A stretch of DNA of 44,724 nucleotides. Origin: Octopus bimaculoides (lineage: Eukaryota). This document shows, piece after piece, positions 37,258 through 44,724 of the stretch (its first letter is position 1; each line of letters starts with the position of its first letter). The notes under the pieces were generated by a model. The model was given only the letters and a program-made list of their open reading frames with translations. It was not told the origin of the DNA and ran no database searches. The position numbers and the translations under genes are program-made. The stretch lies in NCBI RefSeq assembly GCF_001194135.2, contig NC_068982.1:19304736-19349459 (forward strand). Reading direction: 5' to 3'.

Positions 37258-37695
37258 GGTCACCTTTTGTTGCATAAAACATCAAGATCGATTTAAATTG
37301 AAACGTGTGGCTGTATGCACACGTGCGCACACACACATATATATTATTTCAAATTTGTGAGAACGTAAATAGAATAATATATAAGTTAAATAAAATTAAA
37401 ACATATTCTGGTTTTCACGTTAGCATTTTCATACATACTCATCAGATTCCAAATGATTCGAAATCTGATGAGAACTCTATGTGTGGAAACGCTACTTTTG
37501 TTAAAATACCATAATAAAAAACGTGAAGGCTAGACTATATTTTAACCTTATTCAAGATAGATAGATATGTATGTTTATATATGTACACACACATTCACAC
37601 TCATTCACACAAGTACCATATATATATATATCTTCGTTAAAAGATAATAAAATATAGAGCAGTTGTTTGTTTGTTATTGTATGTGTAACGTAATA

Positions 37696-37764
37696 GTTTA
37701 GGAAAAAAAAAAACATTGGTTTCGTATCTAACGTGAACTAGACATATCTTCAGTTTCTCGAAAC
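37696..37764 (-). ncRNA. Type I hammerhead ribozyme-like motif, left arm
   Basis: Minus strand: GTTTCGAGAAA-CTGAAGA-T-A-TGTCTAG(TTCACG)TTAGATA-C-GAAA-C(CAAT)G-T-T-T9CCTAAAC. The core is canonical and stem II is 7 bp but closed by A.C. Stem III is AC/GU, the triplet is GUU, and stem I is partial. Confidence 0.5.
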
Positions 37765-38036
37765 GATAACTGCTCTCTGCAACACGGGTGATAGTTCAAG
37801 AAATATTGGTCTTAAAAAACTATGGCCGGGCGAGTTGTCTACCTTCGTTGATAGCTAGGTCTTCCAATATTTAAGTAAAAATTTCGGAAATTTTTTCTTC
37901 AGAATTAGGAAATCTAGCTATCAAGCGAAAGAAGACAACTCGCCCGGCCATAATTTTTTAAGAGGAATATGTCTTGAACTATCACCGGCGTTCTTGAGTT
38001 TTTAAAATAAAACATTCTTTGCAGAGAACAGTTATC

Positions 38037-38100
38037 GTTTAGAGAAACTGAAAAGATGTCTAGTTCACGCGAGATATGAAACCAATGTTTTTTTCTAAAC
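38037..38100 (+). ncRNA. Type I hammerhead ribozyme-like motif, right arm
   Basis: GTTTAGAGAAA-CTGAAAA-G-ATGTCT(AGTTCACGCG)AGATAT-GAAA-C(CAAT)G-T-T-TTTTTCTAAAC. Stem I is 11 bp (one G.U), stem II 6 bp and stem III 2 bp, with a GUU triplet. The core has G8>A. Confidence 0.5.
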
Positions 38101-38264
38101 TATTCCGTTTTAAATATATATATNNNNNNNNNNNNNNNATATATATGAAAGAAGGTTTGAAAATGCACTTATTTTAAACATATATATATATATAGGTAAA
38201 TAAAAACTTCGAGTTGTGCAGACGATACCGGTCTGACTTGGTTCCTCAACTTAAGTACCTAATT

Positions 38265-38298
<34 letters not shown>

Positions 38299-41165
38299 AT
38301 CATCAGGTTACTTTTGTATCCTGATAGTAGAGAACAGAATTTTTTGAACCAGTATTCTGAAAAGAGCGTACGGGTGTTATTTACAATCAAATTTCTTATG
38401 CATGAGGCGCTTTGCTCTAAATATTCACACTAAGAGAAAGGTTGTGTAGTGAATAGAGATATCAATGACTATCTATTACGGTTGTTGTTGATCATAAAAT
38501 TAATTTTGTAATTTCTACCGATTTAAAAATATAAATCAGTCGAGTAACGTTTCAAAACATTTTGACATAATACAAAGCTCTTTTGTACTACGTTTCTAAT
38601 GTATTCTAATGAGTGTCATTTAATTTCAGATTTTATTATTAGAAGGGAAAACGCTGTTCATCTCTTATAAGCAACTCACAGCTAACATATACATTGCATA
38701 CAAAACGTATACAAAAATGTCTCAACACACATATGTAATTACTGTCTCTATCATCCTCTCTTTCTCTTCATCTCCATTTCACTCACTCATTCATACTCTC
38801 TCCCGCTTTCTCTCTGTCTATCTCTCTCTCTCTCTCTGTCTCTCTGTATATATGTATGTTTGTGTGAGTGCTCTTATACATTTGCTCAGACCCACATACG
38901 TATTCTTGTCATCAGCTCATAATTTTGGTAGGATTTACACATATTATAAATGATTAAAAATCCATACCACAGTTTTTGTCTTGTAAAACATGTTCCTTCT
39001 CATGAAAAAGTTTGAGGGATAAGTATACTTCTTTGAGATATTCTGAAGACCATAATTAAATTTTCACTGAAATTTTTTTTATTAGATACCTAATGTTTTT
39101 TCTTTGTTTCCTTCCGGATTAAAAAAAAAAAATCACTGCTAGATTTTGTCTTTCGTTCGCAAGCTAAAATTCTAATAACAGCTTATTCATTAATGCACGA
39201 GTTCGTCATTCATTATATCAAGAGCGAATGAGCTCTATCTATTAAACATGCATGCCTATATGTTAACCTATGTTCATGTATTGTATATGTATATGGCACT
39301 CTGTAAACATGCGTTTGTAAAGGATTATGTGTGGCTCTATTGAATACATATTGCATGTTCTGTGTGACCCAGTTGTTGGGTGCATAGTGTATATGTATGC
39401 TCCAAGATGCTGAGTTAAGATAATATAATCACTTGTATCAGTGAAATTTGATCTATGTTAACAATGAGCGTATTTTCAAGACGTTTTATTTTACGTTACT
39501 TAGGAAAAAGTAATAAGCCATGTCAATTTAATTTTTCTTTTACCTACCATTAATAATATCTAGTTATCTACTTTTATATGTATGCGTTTGATTTTTAATG
39601 TGATTGTATTTGCAAATAATGAATATCACGTAAGCTTACATACATAATAGTGTCGTATTTCTTCATGAAATACGTGAAAATGGATAGATATAATGAAAGT
39701 TATATCCATATTATTTTACGCGTTTCACATAGGACAAAAGTAAATGACAGAAGCATACGGTAATGCATTAAGAATTCTGAAATACATATGCTCATAATTC
39801 TGACGTCTTATCATAATGACTCTTTCCCGAGTGGTTGCTAAGAAATTGGCGAGAATAATTATGTTTCCATAGTCGCAGAAAATAGTAAGTAACTGGCATC
39901 TCTAATACCCTTGAACAGCCTGGTGTGGTGATTGCAAATAGAAGAAATATTGTTGGTACAAGACAGTTATTATGATCATTGAACAACAACCTGATATGCG
40001 ACGCCAACTTTGTCGTTATGTGAAACTGATCAAATAACGTCGATTCTGGTGACCCTAGCTTGTCGTAGACGAAGAAAATAGAACTCAGTGTAACTCATAA
40101 TCTTAATTTCATTCGAAATGTTGTTCTTCAACTGACGGAGACGAGTACAATCTGTGTTCTCGGCGAGACATTTAATTTCATTTTTGAACCTGGAGGCTAA
40201 AATAAATGAAGCAGCTAGAGAGATAGGAGATTAACTGAATTTACAAGAAAATCTTCATAGCCATAACGAGGCTATATATACCCTGTACTGCAAGTTTGGG
40301 GCAGTGGTCATTGATTAAATGGAAGAAAGAAAAGAATGATAGGTGTAACGTTTAAATAAAAACAAAAAAAGAAGGCAAAATAAAGTAAAGAATAGAAGCA
40401 ACGGCGTTCATTTTAAAATGCGTAGTTATGAAAATATTAAAGAATGAGCGAGAAAGTTATGACCTAATGAACAAGAATATCTATCATCGAATTCAATCTA
40501 CATAGCTCTACAAATATTCCTATTGTTATTACGATGACCAAAACTAGATATTTTAAAGGTTATGCAAATTCGAGAGAATCTGTCGTAATATTTGATTATA
40601 CAGCCAGAACAATCGAATGCGAAATCAACAGTCGAGACATTAAAACATAAAACAGCAGACATGAGGGAGTGTAACTAAAAATACATATCTAATATAAGTA
40701 CATTGCTTCAAATTATGTTAATGTGAGGTTTACATGATTATATAGCTCCCAACCTCATAACTATAACTTATTATATCGATCTCTGGCAGGATGAAAGGCA
40801 GTGTTGACCACACTCTAATCACATTTCAGAACATAAAGAGACGTAATTAAATGCCACTGTTCATTTTCTGCCTGTTGTAATGATTGATCCAGAAATATAC
40901 CATCAACCTATATATTCTCTTTGTGACTCATAACTCTCTCTCTCCGCCGCTCTCTTTTTTTCTTTCCTTCTGCACCTCACAAAGTTTTCTCACAAGCACG
41001 CGCAAATTCACTCGGATATTGGGTGGGGAAGATGCGACCCAATTTTGTATAAAAGAGCAGTTTTTTAACACCTAGCTCTGCCATTTTTTACGGCAATATC
41101 ATCTTGTTTTCAGTAGTAATAGAGGATGAGCCGAAAGTCATGCACCAAAATATTTCACTATTTAT

Positions 41166-41736
41166 ATTATTATTATTGCTCAGTAGTTCTATTTTTATAA
41201 CGTGCTTTCACTTCACTACGGAGCGCAGCTCTGTGCGCCTTGGGTATGTGCTGTGGTTTGCGGTGATGCTCTTATGGTTACTGTATTGAAAGTGTTTTGC
41301 GTAGGATGTGTGCAGTGCCCAGTAGTGCAATTTTCTACGTTATATATATTTGTAAGTCCTGGTGTTTTTGTTATGTATTTGTCTGAATATTTTTTTTATT
41401 ATACCTAAGGCACCTACTATGATAGGAATTGTTTCTGTTTTTAGATTCCACATTCGAGTTACCTCTATTTCCAGGTCTTTGTATTTTGACAGTTTCTCCA
41501 TTTCTTTTAGGGAAACGTTGTCATCTGCTGGTATTGATACATCAATTAGAAAGCATTTTTTTTCTTCATGATCTTTGACAACTATATCTGGTCTATTGGC
41601 GTTAATTTTTGGCCTTTTCTGGTGTGTGTTTATACCATCTTTTTTCTGATGTTATTCCATAGTGTTGGCATAGCTTCCAGTGTATATAGGTCCCAGCTAT
41701 GTCGTGTCTGTGAATATATTCCTTCTTAGCCAGGAC
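41166..41736 (-). mobile_element. 5'-truncated non-LTR retrotransposon with restriction-like endonuclease (R4/Dong type)
   Basis: Minus-strand translation: VLAKKEYIHRHDIAGTYIHWKLCQHYG...WYKHTPE, then a deletion/frameshift, then NANRPDIVVKDHEEKKCFLIDVSIPADDNVSLKEMEKLSKYKDLEIEVTRMWNLKTETIPIIVGALG, then a frameshift, then KIALLGTAHILRKTLSIQ*. The 3' UTR has a GCGCA/TGCGC hairpin and an (AAT)n tail. Confidence 0.95.
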
Positions 41737-41867
<131 letters not shown>

Positions 41868-42187
41868 TGTACATCATTTACAATTGCGTGTGAATTCATC
41901 ATTATTTTTTTGAAATTTTATTCAATTTTAGAAAAGATGATGCATATCTTAGAGGACTCCGTTGCATATTGAACTTGTTATGTGCGTGACTTTTGCCCCG
42001 CTCCCCGTATATCTTTCTACATTCGCATCACCAGCCCTTCATAATTTCAAGAAAAGTGAGTTGTAACGTGAAGGAGGTTTGGCTAGCGTTGCTGTTCCAG
42101 TGAATCAGATAGAAAGTTTGGGATGTAATTGAGGTTGATGTAAATGAAAGCGTCTGGAAGCAGCGGCCACCATTTAGATTTATGCTC

Positions 42188-42284
42188 ATTATTATTTTTA
42201 TTATTATTCAGGTCACTGTTTGGAATCGAACTCGGAATCTTGGGTTTAATAGTCCGCGCTCTTAACCACTACGGCACATGCCGT
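42188..42284 (-). mobile_element. Short tRNA-derived SINE (tRNA-like head plus (AAT)n tail)
   Basis: Minus strand: GGCATGTGCCGTAGTGGTTAAGAGCGCGG...CCGAGTTCGATTCCAAACAGTGACCTGAATAATAATAA. A and B boxes are present, but the acceptor stem is not intact. Confidence 0.7.
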
Positions 42285-42495
42285 TAAATGTAGATAATGT
42301 AAATAATGTCAATACACGTATGTTTCAGAACAAAGTGCTAGATGACCGAAGAGCAGAAATAAGAGAGATGATACAGAAAAAAAATGGCCACGTTCTATCA
42401 ATGATTTCATAATGAAATTCATAACACAATCATTATTTTTTCCTGTGTTATCTCTATATTTGAGAACAAGTGGCTCTTTACATTCCAGTAATCCA

Positions 42496-42620
42496 GCAGT
42501 TGTGCAAAAAAAAAAAAAAGCGATAGATTAAGTACCATGTTTCAAAATAAGTATTAATGTCGGTTTTTTCGAGTTAAACACTCCAGACGGCACTCCAGCA
42601 TTGTTGATGTCCAGCTGTTT
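42496..42620 (+). mobile_element. Degenerate SINE family A 3' fragment
   Basis: GATAGATTAAGTACCATG...AATAAGT...GTCGG...TCGAGTTAAA...GACGGCACTCCAGCAT matches the sense-strand tail of family A. Confidence 0.6.
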
Positions 42621-43418
42621 TTTCCAATCTACATACCTTCATGTCTCGTCTTTAGTTTCATTGTATACAAGTCTGACGTAGGAGTGTAATTTCATTTCTT
42701 CTCTCCTAGGCTTTCGTACAAAAAAAAAAATTAAAAATTAAAGCAAGGGAAGTATACTACTAAAAAGATTTTGTAACAGTCCCTTTAGTCGATAATATCT
42801 CGAGGTAAATTTATATTTAGAAACCAAATACTACGTGCGGATAAATAACAAATAATAAGATATGAAATACTGAAAACATATCTAAAAATTATTCAACCGT
42901 TGCTTTCAAACTGTGTAGCAGTGAAATTAGATGGCCACTGTATTTCTCCATGTATATTTAGCAAGTGGCCATCTGATCTAATTCGTGCGAACATTTGACA
43001 GATATGGTTGAACATACTTCGTTTTCTGAGTGTTCTGTATTCTATGTCTACTTCACGTATTTGTTACACACTAGCACACGTGTGAGCGCACGCATTCGTA
43101 ATATGTATATACAATAGTCACTCGACTATCACGAATGTTACATTACAAAAACCCCTGCAACCTAAGCTTAAATAATAAACCACGATAGGTGAACCATGAT
43201 ATGTACTATGTGCATGCACATATACATATACATATATATGTATATATATTTATATACACATATTTATGTGTATATATATGTATATATATATATATATGTA
43301 TATATATACACATACACATATACACACACAAGGATATATACATGGACACATATATATATATAAACACATAGAAATAGATACACATGCACACACACACACA
43401 CACACACATTGCCTATAT

Positions 43419-43635
43419 AGGAGTGTGAATGGCCTAGTAGTTAGAATGTTGCACTCACAATCGTTGCGAGATCATGGTCTCTTGACTTGCCTTTAGTTCT
43501 TGATCAAAACAGTTCATCTTACTTTCCTGTGCGACTATGTCGACGCCAGCCATGTGTCAATTTGATGGAGAGGGTGAGATAATGTAGAACACTTGCATCT
43601 GATCGGTTTAAACAAGTCATTTTCGAAGCAAGTTA
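43419..43635 (+). mobile_element. Degenerate tRNA-derived SINE
   Basis: The GAATGGCCTAGTAGTTAGAATGTTGCACTCACAATCG head resembles the 15113 head (A box), with a decayed body. Confidence 0.55.
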
Positions 43636-44607
43636 GGAAATGCTAGGCTATGTATAAAGCTTGAAGGGTTTTAAGGCTATTTATGAGTGCATATATATTG
43701 CGTATTCAGCAAGAAATTCCAGGACTGTCTTTCTCGAACGACAAGATACTTCCATCATATANNNNNNNNNNNNNNNNNNNNNNNNNNNNNNNNNNNNNNN
43801 NNNNNNNNNNNNNNNNNNNNNNNNNNNNNNNNNNNNNNNNNNNNNNNNNNNNNNNNNNNNNNNNNNNATATATATATATATATGTATTTATGTATCTATG
43901 TATCTATGTATCTCTGTTTATCTACCTCTCTCCCTCTCTCTCCCTGTCTGTCTTTTTCTCTCTCTCTCTCTCTTTTTCTCTCTCTGACTCATTCCTTCTC
44001 TCTTTGTCTTCGCACACTCCGACACACACAAAAGCGTGTGCACAACAACGACAGTTTGTCTCGATAATTTTAGGACTGCACATTTAGCATTAAGTCCTCA
44101 GATAGATGGAAAAGATGTTAGACTTATGATCACTGAAGTCTTGAGAGAAACACATTTAAAGTCCATATACACCACAACAGCTGCATCTGTTTGCAAATTT
44201 AATATCCCATTAAAATAAAGTCGCTAAGTGCAGATTAACTACTGATTATTTTTATACGCTACGTGTACCTAGATAAACAGGTGTGATAAAAGCTGAAGCT
44301 ACTTATTGTTCAAAACGATTTTCAATACAGCCTTTAGTCTATGTATTTGCTGAACACATACAGTTATTGATAATTTTCCGAGTGAAACACTGGATATACG
44401 CGTGTGTGTGTGCGGATGTTTGTATTAGAAAACGCTACATGATCTACCCACGTCCTTTGATCGTCTTTGGGAAAAGCAGGCATGTCATAACATCCAATTA
44501 CACAACTGCAAGAATGAAGTGAAATCAATAAGCAAGGAAATCAATATATCACCCTGATTACAAAGAGGCAATCACCACATTAGGACGTATGTTTAAATAT
44601 CCCCCCT

Positions 44608-44681
44608 ATATGTGTGTATACCTATATATACACATATATAATTATATATATATACGTATATACGTATATATATATAATTAC

Positions 44682-44714
<33 letters not shown>

Positions 44715-44724
44715 CATATATATA
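44608..44724. repeat. TA-rich low-complexity tract
   Basis: Directly visible. Confidence 0.95.

Larger units (their letters stand above)
37687..38109. mobile_element. Palindromic (fold-back) element with ~180-205 bp arms
   Basis: The left arm 37687-37868 is the imperfect reverse complement of the right arm 37904-38109 (e.g. TATGGCCGGGCGAGTTGTCT vs AGACAACTCGCCCGGCCATA). The right arm has a ~28 bp insertion and the spacer is ~35 bp. Confidence 0.92.

Noticed and set aside
24340-39900. Possible microexons (AAGTTGATG at ~24353-24361 and TCGCAGAAAATA at ~39873-39884, each followed by GTAAGT)
   Set aside because: Such short AG...GTAAGT matches arise by chance and there is no host gene to place them in.
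14172-41040. Small 6-11 bp hairpins (14172-14219, ~21746-21763, ~30714-30757, ~41017-41042)
   Set aside because: The stems are too short or branched to exceed chance in a 45 kb window.

Overview
This window is AT-rich, microsatellite-dense animal DNA with nine N-gaps, each flanked by TA/CA-rich repeats on at least one side. The SINE families and repeat landscape point to a coleoid cephalopod, probably Octopus (inference). No protein-coding gene can be recognised with confidence. Most entries in the ORF track are artefacts of N-gaps or simple repeats. The window is mostly mobile-element debris: several tRNA-derived SINE families, Tc1/mariner and Tc2-type MITEs, and a Helentron/DINE-1-like element. 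It also holds a 5'-truncated R4/Dong-type LINE with an RLE endonuclease sitting inside (TAA)n, and a Penelope-like RT/GIY-YIG fossil. A fold-back mariner is built from two transposase 3' ends. The most unusual signal is a set of hammerhead-ribozyme-like motifs. One is a minimal Penelope-type motif at 6169-6203. The other two lie in a ~420 bp palindromic element (37687-38109) that carries an outward-facing type I hammerhead fold in each arm. All of these deviate from the catalytic consensus, so activity is untested. Weaker leads are two pre-miRNA-sized hairpins and a frame-compatible pair of possible exons.
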